A stretch of DNA of 60,873 nucleotides, the filler included, from Circinaria calcarea (Eukaryota), in assembly GCA_051942165.1 (NCBI GenBank). It is 4 parts of 4 records of this genome, joined end to end, with 100 filler letters (N's around TTAATTAATTAA, not from the genome) between each part and the next. Parts side by side here need not be neighbours in the genome. Positions count along the whole stretch, not along the records: positions 1 to 15,191 come from JAVECS010000383.1; 3 more parts are not named here. One strand, written 5' to 3'. Below the pieces are notes generated by a model. The model did no database searches, was not told where the DNA came from, and worked only from the letters and a program-made list of their open reading frames with translations. The first letter of the stretch is position 1, and every line of letters starts with the position of its first letter. Positions 1 to 13,217 of the stretch are shown here, piece after piece. The position numbers and the translations under genes are program-made.

Positions 1-1102
1 CTCTTTCCCCCCGTCTCTCCCCCCCGTCTCTCTCCCAACGCCCAACGTCCACGCCCTTCCCATTCGCTCCCAGATCCCCCTAGACTCCGAGCGTATCTGC
101 AACAGAACCCCGAAATCGAGAGGGAGAGCTTTCCAGAGTTCCAATCAAAGTTTCGAGAAGCCGTGACGATGTATGTTACAGGAGAGATTGGGAGTGGAGG
201 GTGGGGAAGAGGATGAGGGTGGAGGGTTTGAGGTTGGTTGATGGTTGATGGTGCAGGTGTTAGGGAATTAGGTCCGAGGGGGAGAAGGGGGAGGTTTTTT
301 AGCAGTTTCGTTATGGTAAAACGGCCCGATGGGTATGGAGGGGGAGGAGGAGATAGCGTGCAGAGGAGACGGGAGAGGCTGCTGTTGGGGTTGGGGAAAA
401 AAAGATAATGGTGTGAAGAAATCTTGACTTTCTACAGAGGAGGGTGGGGTGGCGTTTGGCAGAATTATTTATCAATGAATAGGTAAGCGTGGAATGGACG
501 AACCAAAAACGTTTTCGTTTTCTGGTTGAAATTCTCTTATCAGGCGAGAAGGTCTCCCTTCTAGCAGTTTTATATGTTTACGGCGAACTAGATGATTGGG
601 GCTGAGATTAGGACTAGGAGATATTTGGTAAATTGTGGCAAATGCGGCTGGTGCGATTCCATGAAACCGAAATGGCTGGTCAAAGGGGCCAGTGAAGCTT
701 CTGATGCTCGCTTGTACTCTTCTCGTACTTTTTATGAGAGGTAGTAGTAATATGTTCGTGATCAGAACCGGCGGAATGGCAGGCAGAGTTGTTGACTAGA
801 GACGGCCGAGAGGGTAATGAGTCTGATAAAGTAAACAAATGATAGGTGTTTCCTCCGCGACTAAGCGAGAGAAACTTATTTATAAAAAAAACTAGGTTTA
901 TAGGTTGAAGATTGGGAGGAAAGGCGGAGCGGATCAAACACTATAGCTACATCATCCTCATTTAAACGAAGAGGCACTGGCTTTGATTGATAGGCGATAG
1001 GAAAAGATATATATAGTGAAGCTAAGGGAGATGAGATGCTTAGTTAGCTCTAATATATACTAAACTCGACGGCTAAGCTTATATTCAGCTTCCCAACAAT
1101 AC

Positions 1103-3316
1103 CTAAATCTTCTCATCGACCACCACCTCGATACTTTCCTCAGTTGGCGTTGTATCTCGAGACTGGGCTTCCCCAGCTAGTATTCCGCGTCTATTCAATA
1201 CGAACGGAGTACTTCCCCTTTGACCGGGCGTCGGGAAAACCATATGCAACACTGCATGTACGGTGAAGGCAACACCAAACCCGAAAAAGTAACTCAGCTG
1301 GAATAGACGGTCCCAACCGCTATTGCTAGACGTGCCACGGATTTGCCGGATAAAGCCCGGCATAAGCGGGCCAAATCCAATTCCCCTGTGCTCTGTCAGA
1401 ACAGGTATGTTATGACGATAAACCGAAGAAAAGCGGACAACGAACCAGGCTACGAAGGCACGCCAATTAAAACCGGCAATGTACCAGTATGCTGAACTGC
1501 TATCCCCGATATATAGATCACCCAAGTGGAGCTCCCGGTGACGGATGAGGAAGTAGTCGGCAATTAGGACACCCGTCATCGGAGAGAAAAAGACAGACCA
1601 GCCGGAGAGGACGCTAATGAATCATAAGCGTATGAACCAGTTCAAACCCCCAAACATCATGAGCTGGATCTTTTGTCTGTGCTTACGTGATGAAGGTTGT
1701 AGCCCGATTAACAAAGTTCCACGGGCAAACGGCGATTCCAATTATCATGATGATATACGCTCCGCGTCTAATGTTAATGTATTTTGGACACAGAGCAGCG
1801 AGATCCATACCCGCAGCCACCGAGTTGAGTACTATGCAGAGGGCAAGCTGGCTAGCTAGGAGACCGAGACCCGCGAAGAATGTACCGGCTCGTCCTGCTG
1901 GGGTCATTGTCTGCTGCGCATGTAGTAGCAGCTGAAAAGGATTCCAGTAGATTTCTCCATATATCTTAGTGGTTGCTGATGTGATGAGGATCCCGCAAAG
2001 AGCGGTGATACTAATTGTTAGAGGGGCGGTGACGGCCTGGCCGAAAAGAGCTGCGTTAGGATACTTTGCGTATCTCGTCCAGTCTATAAAGAATTAGTCA
2101 AACCGCTTCATAGCAACACACATACTCATACCGCTCTGGCCGAGACATCCAGTGCCATATCCACCGATAAATGACTGCAAGCCATACACGGAATTCCAAC
2201 TCAACATCCTTCCGCCCACTTTGGGCCCTGTGTTGACGAGATCACCCGCTCCTTTGGCAGAGACAAGTGCCCAAATGAGCTATACTGCATCAACAGTTGC
2301 AATCCTTCTAGATAATGAATGAACGTACCATTCCCAACATAACTGCTGTGACCATGAGAAAAGCAACCTTGGCAGAACCGGGTTAGTGGCGCACTTATAT
2401 CCAGAAAAGAATTCCTCAATACATACCCTAAAAAGCATCTGAAGTTTCTCCGGGCGAATCCAAAGCATTGCAGCTAAGTAAAGGTAAGCCCACTCTGCAG
2501 AAGATGTTGCTTTAGCAGTGCAGTACGGACCAAGAATCAGAACAAATATAAAGAAGCTTATCAAATCTGCCGTCTCCACATAAGCAGAAACTGGTATTGT
2601 GTTCTTCATGTATATGAACTTAGGTCCAATGATGCTGCCAAGAATAATCCGAACGGCCTGACCGCCCCAGTACATTTGTAGCCCTAAACATATCAGAGCG
2701 CAAGGCTTCGCAAGTTGGTGGGTAGCGGCAAATACCCATCCAAACAGAACCTGTCATCACTCGCTGCAAAACAGGCCAGAATGCACCTCGCATACCCCAT
2801 GTACTGTCATCATTTTAGTCCGTGATAGTCTTATTCTGCTATAATCTCTGATAGCGTTACCTTCTCGAGAGGACGGTGAAGCCCAAGTATTGATGAGATC
2901 CCATCCACCCTGCTCCGACAGCAAGTAGTGCAATCAATAGGGACGCGCATACTACGATCCCCATTGCATGACCTACGCTTAGACCCAGAGCAAGTAAGGT
3001 AGACCCGATTGTCCATGGGGTGGTATTGATACCTGAAGAGGTATGAGGACTGATCTAGCCACCGAGAGTCAAAACACATACCGGCAATAACCCAATACCC
3101 CGCAAAACCCTGCCATGTCCACGTTCGCCTATTATAGGGGATAGGAATCAGATCTCTATTGCACCACTGATTGAATTCCGTCAGCAAGTATTCAGATAGC
3201 TTTCGTTGTAGAAGCCTTCAGACATAAGTGTTCTCATAATCCGCATCTGCATCAATTGGACATTCCAGCTTCTTCGCCCACCGCCTCGCCACTGTTTTAG
3301 ATGATAGGGACGACAT
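1103..3316 (-). CDS. NCS1-family nucleobase/allantoin/uracil permease (Fur4/Dal4-like), multi-exon
   Basis: Exon translations WCNRDLIPIPYNRRTWTW, YWGGQAV, PKYINIRRGAYI...CPWNF, GVLIADYFLIRH, GFNWRAF; GT-AG introns with CTRAC branch sites; inferred ATG at 3316 (MSSLSSK...). Confidence 0.9.
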
Positions 3317-4725
3317 CTACGTCCAACGGTATGTTTCCGGTAGATGTCTTCCAATTAAGCAATTCAAAAGAACAATTCGTTCAAAGTTACACCGAGGAAG
3401 GAGACCTGGAAAGCAACAGCAGATGAAGTAGAACCAAAAGGTGATTTGTGGAAAAGCGAAGTGGACACGACTAATCGGCTCCTCCGAGTGATTAGTGATG
3501 CAGGTAATCGTACCCCCCAGTAAAGCTGTCGCTTATTAATTGGAGATAAAGTCAAGCCAATAGGTGGTGGGCTAAGTGCCAGACCATGCCGTACTGCATG
3601 CCGGCAGAGGTTTGGTGAGAATGAGAGCAATATGGCGATGGTAGGGGAAAAAGGGATATGCGCGGTTGATGAGATACTCAGGTGTTAGAACTATTGAATT
3701 TTTAGGGTGTGGATTTTGCGACTAAAAGGCTGTAGTAGCGGTTGTGGTTAGTCACGTGATACAATTCTATATAGTGGCCTTCACCCACTGCTTTAATCAA
3801 GTAAAGCAAAGCAAGTCAAGCAAGTTAGGTCATGTACGTTCCTCGCAATACATTGAATAGATCTCTATTATTAGTTACCGAATCAGAGCCGCGAGCGTGC
3901 TAAAATATATTCTTTATTTCATAACTAAGATTAAGCTCTTCCTTCAAAAGAAACCCCGCAACCCGCCTTTCGCCGTGGTAGCTCTATCACAGTAGAACAG
4001 TGAAGAGGGAGAGGACACTTCCTCAAATCTCCAAGGTAAACAAATAAACATAAGTGTGAGACTGTGGGAGTTCTCACCTCTGAAACCAACTAGGCTGATT
4101 CCATTTACCTCCTAGCTGTTCTAGCTGCTGACTGATATAAACACCATGATCGCCGGTTGAGGGGTTTGAAGTAGGACTTACCGCTTGAGTTGTAGTTTTG
4201 GCATATTGCTTTCTCATTTCATTGCAATGTCGTGTTCATGAACAGACACGTTTAGCCCTCATCTATTTACCGGAACCTTTGGTCTGGCTAGGTGTCTAAA
4301 AGTACAAAGTGGCGGATTCTTCGGTTGTGGCGCCCCTGTCATGCTATGCTATCCTACGCTATGCGTTAAGGTGGAATGGGGCGCCAGGCAACATTGGGAT
4401 GTGGGAAAGCTTGAGAAACCAATGCAGCAACCCTACAGCCGTGTGAGAGCTTAGCTCCAGCTCCACGGTGCATCATGATCGCAACTCACTCCGTATACTC
4501 CATAGCTCCACATAGCCAAATCCTGTTGAGCGTCAACATCTCCCTAGACGAAATGGGGAATCAATAACAGATGCCGAAGACGATCGTACTGCGGGTCGTT
4601 GGAATCGTGTCAGTCGTGATGTGGAAAAATCAGATGCACGGCGTATCGAGCAATCTATCGAGACCATGCTGAAACCGTGATGCCCGTCATGCTAGCTCTT
4701 GCTTCTCCGTCTTACTCGTACCATG

Positions 4726-7700
4726 CTAGAAATCGTACCGACTCCCTTGCCTGGTCAGTGGTTTCCCGCTTCTGTTACTCGCTCTCGTCTGCCTGCCTTC
4801 CTCCTCGACAACGACGGCCTTCTTGGCTACACCCTTCGCATTCATCGCCTTTCTCGGGGCGGGATTAGAATGGATATACCCCAACTCGTTCAAGGCAGTT
4901 GTGTTCCTCCATGCCAAGCATCTATGACCCGTCGGATCAACATACGTCTTTGTCCTCGTCGAAATCCTCGAAACCGGTTCGCTAGATTCGGACTTCTTAT
5001 CTTCCGAGCCAGCCAGGTACTCCTTTCGCTTCTCCATATGAGCGCAGATCTTCTCCCGCTGTACTTGTAGTTCTTTCCGCAGCTTGATCTCGCGAACACC
5101 ACGCACGTCAAGCCAGGCAATGAGCTTGTCAACCTCGTCCGGGTCGTCATAGTAGCCCCACTGCCAAGCAGTGAAGACATGTGATGGGCCCTCTTCGTAC
5201 ATTTTGCGTTGTGGGACCCCCATTTGAAACTCTTGTCGGTACCTCTCATTCTCAACCTCGGCCAGTTCGATAAACCCTCTACGCTCAAGGTCATCTGGTC
5301 CTTGCACCCAAATGCGTCCATTAGCATAACCAGCATCAGCGGTAGAGCTGGTAGGTAAGCCGGCGTATGGCATTGCGTTGCGCTCCATCCAGTAGTAACG
5401 GTTCCAGAACCGATCTTTACCCAATACACGTGTTCGTGGACAGTCATTCTCCCTGAGGTCATTATCGAGCGTCGCAACCTCATCCTCGCATTCCTTAATC
5501 TTGGCTTTCGTCTCCTCGATCTTCTTCAAGACCTTTTCCAGCTGCTTGGCTTGCTTGGTGGGCTTCTTGGCCTTTTCAGCTTCAGCTTTCTCTTTTCGTT
5601 CTCGTTCGGCCTCGAGTTTCTTCTTCCGTTCCAAGGCTCGATCATTGGCGCGACGGAGCGAACGTCCGCGAATTGGCTCTTCATCTTCGCTGTCCATGAC
5701 AACAGTCTCTTCCTCTTCCACTTCGTCTGTTTTGATCTCTGCCTCCAGTGCTTCAAGTTCTTCGAGCTCAGGTACAGGAGACGTGTCTTCGGGCTGTAAA
5801 ACTTTCCTCTCTTCATGAAGGACTCTGAGCTCTTCCATACTACATGAGTCGTAAGCTTTGTACATTGCAGGGCTTGTTCTTAACTTACGCTGCCTTACGT
5901 GCCCGTTGCTGCTCAATCTTTTCTTTGCGGAATTGCGTCATCTGCAATGTACAATCTTCCATGTAGCCCCGAATCGCTTGTGTTTCAAGAGATAGCATAC
6001 ATATTATCTGAAGAATTTGCACACGTAGATTGATGTCGAGACTTGCATACTGCGATATGGCTGTTTCTTCCGTAGGCTCCATGTTAAGCGGTGCGAGTTT
6101 TGCTAATATCCGATCACACTTTTGGTCATACTTTGGGTCATGCTTCAGTCGGCGTCGCTCATTTACGGCGAGAAGATTGAGCAGTCCAACTATAATCACG
6201 ACCCATCTACCATCCTTGAAGTCGCGTTTTCGCAAGCGAAACCTCCAGCCATAACTACGAGTGGACTGATCAATTTCAGCGGCTCGATGGAGCTTAGCGT
6301 CAACTGCAGCAGATGCTTTGATTTCCGCCGCTTCGTTCTTCGCCATGCTGCTTCGGGTTGTGCGTGTCATAATTTCGGGTTCTGGTATTGGCTCTGGTGT
6401 CGGGGTAGGTAAGGTGCTCCTGTCGTTTGTTGATTCTTCTCCTTCATTGTCCTCTTCGGGGGCAACAGGGAGCGTGACTTGAACCTGACCATTCAGGTCC
6501 TTCTCATCGTTGACGAGCTTTTTGAGCACTGCGCAGTGTATCTCCGCAAGAAGTTCACACTGAACCTCGTCTGATCTAAATTTCAGGGCTTCAATGTAGT
6601 CATCAAAGGTGAAAGAATCTAGAAGATAGACTTCGCAATAGACGTTGAGCGTGTTCCAAGTCTCAAGAAGCGGGCCAACTGATTCCATCAAGATACCGCT
6701 ACCGGCACCTTCAGACGGCTTTTGAGGAAGTGGAGGGTCTTGAGCCAGATACTTCATTTCAGGTCGGTGTAGGGTACCGGGTAGCGGTGGTACTTCCAGA
6801 TCTTCGATAGGATACTTGATAGGAGGCATAGGAGGTGGTTTTGGTTGTCCCCTACAGGCAATGGGAGGAAATTTCGGGGTCTGGTTGACAAACTGGATCG
6901 ACTGAGCTTCGTTCATCGGTAGCATCCCTCTAGCAAACCCGAATGCAGGATCATTTGCTAATGCCCGCTGGAATTGATTGAATTGAGTGTTCTTGCTCTT
7001 GTGACTCTTGGGCTTGAGCTCAGGAAGTGGGTTTTGTGGAGCAAAAAAGCTAGAGACGATGCCGTTAGTGCCATCATAGTAGTCACCTTTCTTCAAGGTA
7101 AGGTTTGTCTTTCTCTGAGCAACTTGCTGTTCGTAGCGCAGATGGTGAGGGATTTCTGTATTGATCCGGTATTCATTGGCGAGCTTTGTCTTCACCAGCC
7201 ATGGAGCTCCTGTCCAAGCTTCGCGGGCAACGGTGTTCTTGAGGAACGATCGAAGCATTTGCTTGGTAAAGGTCTTACGGTCACGAACGATATGTTCCTC
7301 GTCAACCAAAGCTTCCTCGTCGGGCCTGTTGGTAAGGCTGACAAAGTATCGCGCAAAAGCCTTGCGTTCCACTGCGCCATCGGCTTGAACGAGCTCAGGG
7401 AACTTTGTCTTTTCTCGAACGATACCATTCAGCCTGTCGCCGTTGTCCAGAATGACCGTGACGCTCTCTCCAGGATAAAAGTCTTGCTTGAACTCCTGGT
7501 CATCGTCAGTATAAAAGTCAACATCCGCGTAGGAAAGAAGGGCGTACTTCAAACACATGGTCAACTAAAGGGGTGCCTGTTAGCATAAAGGGCTGCCATT
7601 GAGTCATGGAGGGACTGACCGAGGTTGTCTATCCTTGATATGGTCGAGAACTGGACCTTTCTCAAAATCGGTTCTCTTAATGAATCAGGAAAGGCATCAT

Positions 7701-8219
7701 CCACTTCGTTAGACGCCTCCATCTAAGCGAGAGTGAATCGCATGTTAGAACACGTGACAGAGGGTGCAACCCCAAGAAAAGAGGCCGCTTGACCTACCTC
7801 ATTCCGGAGAGCATCGAAGAAATCCAGACCGGAATGTCCCGTGATTTCACAAATGAAACGCTTCTAGATGACATGTTAGCGATATTGCCAGTCCGTCTGT
7901 GACGCCACGGGAGTGGCGGACCTGCTTGTAGAAATCCATGCTAGCGAAATTCGATCAGTCCGAGCGCCCAACCCGTTTTCTTACACCAGACTTACCGAGC
8001 GAGGTAATCATCATAGTTGGTAAAGATCTCGCCCGTATCCTCGATAGGCCAAATCTTTCAACGGTCAGTCGCCTTACAAAGACAAAGTTTAGGGAGACTG
8101 TGCACCTCTTGGTCTTCGTACAGAGGAGGCCTAGTCATATACTGGACCGGTTTTCGTTTGAAAAGCACCTTGACCGGTAAGTAGAGGAAAACAGAGGATT
8201 TCTAAAAGACTTTTACCAT
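4726..8219 (-). CDS. ITC1: ISW2 chromatin-remodelling complex subunit Itc1-like (WAC, DDT, WHIM domains)
   Basis: Spliced N-terminus M|VLFKRKPVQY, KRFICEITGHSGLDFFDAL; DDT-like LLETWNTLNVYCEVYLLDSFTFDDY; LGKDRFWNRYYW and W..LDVRGVREIKL motifs; ORFs 5885-7564 and 4726-5916. Confidence 0.9.
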
Positions 8220-9221
8220 TTCGCTTTTGCCGGTGCCAGCAAATTTCTTTTCTGAGCTCTTGCGCTCCTTGTGGTCGTGGGCAAAATTGAGACCAGATTT
8301 GGTTACTTGTGTTTAAGCGACCTAGGGAGGATCCGCAAGCATGGATTAGGGCTTTGGGAGATGGAATGATGATATTGGTAGGAAAGGATCAGGACGGAGG
8401 TCATGAAGGGAGCGTCGTTGCCAATCTCTTGCCCCGGCTTCAAACCGGGAGACGCCAAGGCAATATCACCGAGAAAGCGGGCATATCAAAGCGGGAGACT
8501 TACCTAGACGGGCTATTTACGTGTTTTAGGGTTGATGCCCGTGTTTTGACGTGTTCTGGAGATGGCGGAGTGGGCGTGGCGTGGATGGGAAAAGAGGTGG
8601 AGGATGGTGGAGGATGAGGTGTCGTTGCGAAGGTATGGGTAAATCGTGGAGAAGAGACGTGGGGAGGGTGAAAGGTATTGAATTATGCTAATACCCCCAA
8701 ATCGGGACTAGAGGCGACGATCCGGCTTCGGCAAGGATAACTTTAATTCTTTTTGAAGTTCCCTTGACGTGCCGAATCCTCCCCCTCCTCCTCATGCATC
8801 TCTCCCGGTCCGTTGAGCAGCGCCGCCACGACGCATCCCGACTATGATTGTGCTCGTTGGAATCGCCGGATCCGGGACATTCAAGAAGACCTCTGATATA
8901 CATATCATAGGACTAATACTGGGAGCAATAATGGCGAAGAGCCACAATCCTCAGGCACATAGCGTCAAGTAGCAAACTCCCCGTGGAGCAATCCAATCTG
9001 CAGGCGAACTCGCTACCAGATCTTCACTGATTGATCAATTGCACAACGGCAGCCTTTCTGCCTTACTTGGGCTACCAGTTGCACAGGACACGAGGCACAA
9101 GTCCAACCACATGTTGCATGGACGATTCTATTCGTTTGATTCATCGCTTTCCACCTTTATACACTATATTAACTCAAGCCAAGTACTGGTTACACCGTTA
9201 GGGTTGTAGGCTATGGGTAGT

Positions 9222-10826
9222 CTATAAATATTTCTTAGGAGCATTGGCGCGCCGACGCTTGTAAGTAACATAGGCGCCCGCCAGTAGTAGCTGGAATATC
9301 ACCAGAAGAAAGACGAAGAAACCCACCCGGGGTGAACGGGTCGATATTACTATAATGGGATGAGTCAGTCATTGCCCGCTCAGCTTTTAATAATTACCAG
9401 GAAACTATAGGTCAGCTTACTATGACCCATTGTATCTGGGAGACGCTCTAGGAGATTAGCATGTCGCGCTTCCAAACTCTTATGGATTTCGCTAAATTGG
9501 CGCGAGTAGTCTTTTGAGCTGATTTCTTTTCGGATATTCACCAGAGCATCTTCGATTTTGCGGAGCCTGTCCTCGACTGCGTTGAGCTGTGAGGCGGTTT
9601 GTTGGACCTTCTGTTGAACCTCATTGTGTCGTTCTTGAGCGAGACCGGCCAACTTGGTCACCTCACGGAATAAGTTATCCATCGAGTGGCTCATAGTCTG
9701 AAGACGGTTATTCACATCTGCGAGTTGGGTATCTTGGGTTTTGATAGAAGATGCCGCGGCGTCCTTTACTTGCTCATGTGTAATTGGTTGATTTGCTTGT
9801 TGCTGGCTTCCCTGATCTTGATTCTGGACGGGTGGAGGCTTCGTCTGACGGCGCGGCTCTTCTCGAGCGTATGAATTGGACGTCTTCAAGACAAACTTGA
9901 AAATCTCGAATGAATCGGGTGTGTCTGATGAAGCGGCAGTTATTCCAAAATAGTTCTCGGAAGGTAGCTTGACCTGTCTCCTAGTTAAGGGTATATCTCT
10001 ATGCCTTTGATCGACTTACTTGGTCACTCCGAAAGCATCTCTTATCGTCTGCAATGACTTCAAATCCGTTTGAATCTTGTATGATCCGGATCCGAGAGGG
10101 GCGGCCGAGGTTTCGGTAGGAGTAGTCGCAGTGTCCAAAGGCCAATGAGTCAACATGATGATGATTCTTATAATCTGTACTTCCATCATTGAGGAATGCT
10201 CGAATGCCTCCGCCCTATAGCGCCCTTGTAAGCGAGGAAGATTGATTTCGAGTAGTGTGCCGCGAACGTACTCTGCCTCCATGCATATCTATGACCAGTA
10301 CCATTCCATCAAATTTTCCAACCGTATACACGCTCGATGCCCCAATTTCGGCTAAACCCTCCCTTGTATACCATACTTGCAAATTTCCACCTCCGTGTTC
10401 AGGCCCGCCAGCTCGGAACTCGAAATCCGCTGTCCATTCTGAATGGGGGACTCTGTCCCACTATCAGTTGAATGTATATTTGCGCGAACGGCGTAAGTAC
10501 CTTGCATCTGTCCACAGGGCACCTCTCTGATTACCTGGATATGGTGGAGTTAAGATGACTTTATCTGATAGCTAAGATTATTAGCATATCCGCCGGCTGA
10601 CATTATGCAGCTACAACATACCAGTTGAGGTATATGGCCCTCTCCTGAAACGTGCCACCCTGGAATTGCATATTTGTTTGGTGATATTCTGTTGTGAAAT
10701 CAGTACCTCTTTCTACCTTTGCTGCCAAAGAACTTGCCCTTTCTCGTGTCCAAAACTCATACTCTTCAAAACATATTGCGCGTTCGTAACTGAAGCCGCG
10801 AGGAGAGTAAAAAGAAAAGGCTTCAT
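9222..10826 (-). CDS. L-type lectin cargo receptor (Emp47/ERGIC-53/VIP36-like), multi-exon
   Basis: Signal peptide MKPFLFTLLAASVTNA; lectin-domain exons (TPPYPGNQRGA, FGITAASSDTPDSFEIFKF); coiled coil; C-terminal TM helix then YKRRRANAPKKYL* di-lysine tail. Confidence 0.88.
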
Positions 10827-11438
10827 CGTGTTCGCTGAAGAGATCATGGTCAGGCGAGAAGAGGGCGTCGGGATTAAGGTGGCAGCAAAAGGGCAGTTTT
10901 CGGGTTTTTCGCAACCAAGGCAGTACAATATCGAAGATGCACCGCCGATAATGTGTCTGGAAGTAGAATAACGAGTGTAAGGTGAGCTTCAACGTTGACC
11001 GGTTTAATCCTATAGTTCGTCCCGGTGCGGATCTTTTTGGGATGCTCGTCTGGAATCAAGAACGCTTCGAACAATGCTGGCAGTAGTAGCCCCGAGAACA
11101 ATGGCAATAATACAATAACGCAGTTGGTTGGCAATGGACAAGGCAGAAGGAGATATATCCACAGAATGTCGTATGTTCAATGTCGAAAAAGCCACGGCGT
11201 GGCGCACCCCGACATCTGAAAGATCCATATACACATCCGAAGAGTCTTTTATTATACGTATCATTCGACAATACTTGTCTGAAACGGGGTTGCAGGGGTA
11301 GTCGCGCCGGCAGGAATTAAGGTTGTTCGGGAAAATGCTTCTAGCGTGTCGTCACCCAACGTCAAGCGTGTTTCTGGCCCTTTTTTGCGTCGGGGGAATT
11401 CTTGGTAGATCTTCTGCCAAGCATGTCGCAAATGCTCA

Positions 11439-13217
11439 ATGGCGGACTTGTATCCCACGATAGCACAATGCGCCGTTGTCGCCGCAGCTCTGAAAGTACT
11501 GCTTTTCCCAGCATAGTATGTCAGCTACATTCCCCCTTTCTGGCGAGCAACGAAAGCTCACACCGCTTTCAGCAAATCCACCGACTTTGAAGTTCATCGA
11601 AACTGGCTTGCCATCACTCACTCTCTCCCAGTGAAGAAGTGGTACTATGAGGTAGGTATCTCTCTTCAGGAACCTCGTCCCGATGGCCCGATGCTAATAT
11701 CTCTTGACAGGACTCGTCTCAATGGACCCTCGACTATCCCCCATTCTTTGCCTACCTCGAATGGCTTCTTTCTCATTTAGCCAAGTACACGGACCAGGCC
11801 ATGCTAAATGTGAAAGGCCTCGATTACACTAGCTGGCAAACCGTGTACTTTCAAAGAGGCACTGTCATTGCCACAGAGTCACTGCTGGTGTACTCGTTGT
11901 ATAAGTACGACGTTACGGCTCTATTCAGGAGTCAATTCCCCTAACATATCAACAGATATGTACAGACATCACCCCCAAGATCAAAACGTCTCTCACATGC
12001 CGCTGCGATTTCGATCCTGCTCTCTCCAGGCCTGATGATCATTGACCACATCCATTTCCAGTACAACGGCTTTCTCTACGGAATCTTAATCTGGTCACTC
12101 GTGCTAGCACGTAAAAGGTCCACGCTTCTTTTGAGTGGGCTTCTCTTTGCATGCTTGCTCTGCCTAAAGCATATCTACTTGTACCTTGCACCAGCCTATT
12201 TCGTGTACTTGCTCCGAGCATATTGCCTGAGTCAGCAATCGATCTTCCGTATCCGGTTTGGTAATACTGCAAAATTAGCTATTGGACTTGCAGTCGTATT
12301 TGGAACTGCGTTCGGTCCATTTGTATACTGGAATCAGCTTGATCAACTGCTCGGCAGACTTTTTCCTTTTTCCCGAGGCCTATGTCATGCATACTGGGCA
12401 CCAAACATCTGGGCCATGTACTCTTTTATCGATCGAATACTCATATATGGTAATGGACGCCCAGAAAAAAGCAATCCAGGGCTGACCTTTCGGTAGCGGC
12501 CCCGAAGTTGGGATTGCATGTAGATGAAGCGGCTCTCAATAGCGTCACCAGAGGCCTCGTCGGCGATACGTCCTTTGCAGTACTACCGGAGATTTCGCCG
12601 AGAACTACATTTACGCTAACCCTCTTTTTCCAATCTGTCAGACATGTCCTTTCGAATTGTCCATCCTATATACTAACGTGTCTCAGATTGGTCTCATACG
12701 ATTATTCTTCCAGCCGACCTGGGATACTTTTATTGGTGCAGTCAGTCTCTGCGGCTACGCATCCTTCCTTTTCGGCTGGCACGTCCACGAAAAGGCTATC
12801 CTCCTCATCCTCATTCCCTTTAGTCTCATAGCCCTCAAAGATCGGCGCTACCTCGGCGTATTCCGTCCGCTCGCCGTAGCCGGTCATGTCTCGCTTTTCC
12901 CGCTACTCTTCACCGCGGCCGAATATCCTTTCAAGATTGTCTACACGATCTTCTGGCTCGTGTTGTTTCTACTAGTCTTTGACCGCTTAGCACCAGTGTC
13001 GCAGCGTCCAAGGGTATTTTTACTAGATAGATTCTCTTTATTGTATATCACTGTGGCGATCCCGTTGATTGTATATTGCTCCATGGTGCACGAGTTATTT
13101 TTCGGAAAGAAGTATGAGTTTCTACCTCTGATGTTTATAAGTTCCTATTCAGCGATTGGGGTCGTGGGCAGCTGGATTGGTTTTCTGGTTGTTTTCTTCA
13201 CAGATACCCCTTCTTAG
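11439..13217 (+). CDS. ALG8: Dolichyl-P-Glc alpha-1,3-glucosyltransferase Alg8
   Basis: [80 protein letters not shown]. Confidence 0.95.

Noticed and set aside
1..410. Possible 3' end of a gene with intron gtatgt...cag (171-256)
   Set aside because: Splice phases do not join the two open frames convincingly; low complexity; no recognisable product
4324..4392. Inverted repeat tggcgcccc/ggggcgcca downstream of ITC1
   Set aside because: A 9-bp stem without snoRNA boxes or other support is compatible with chance
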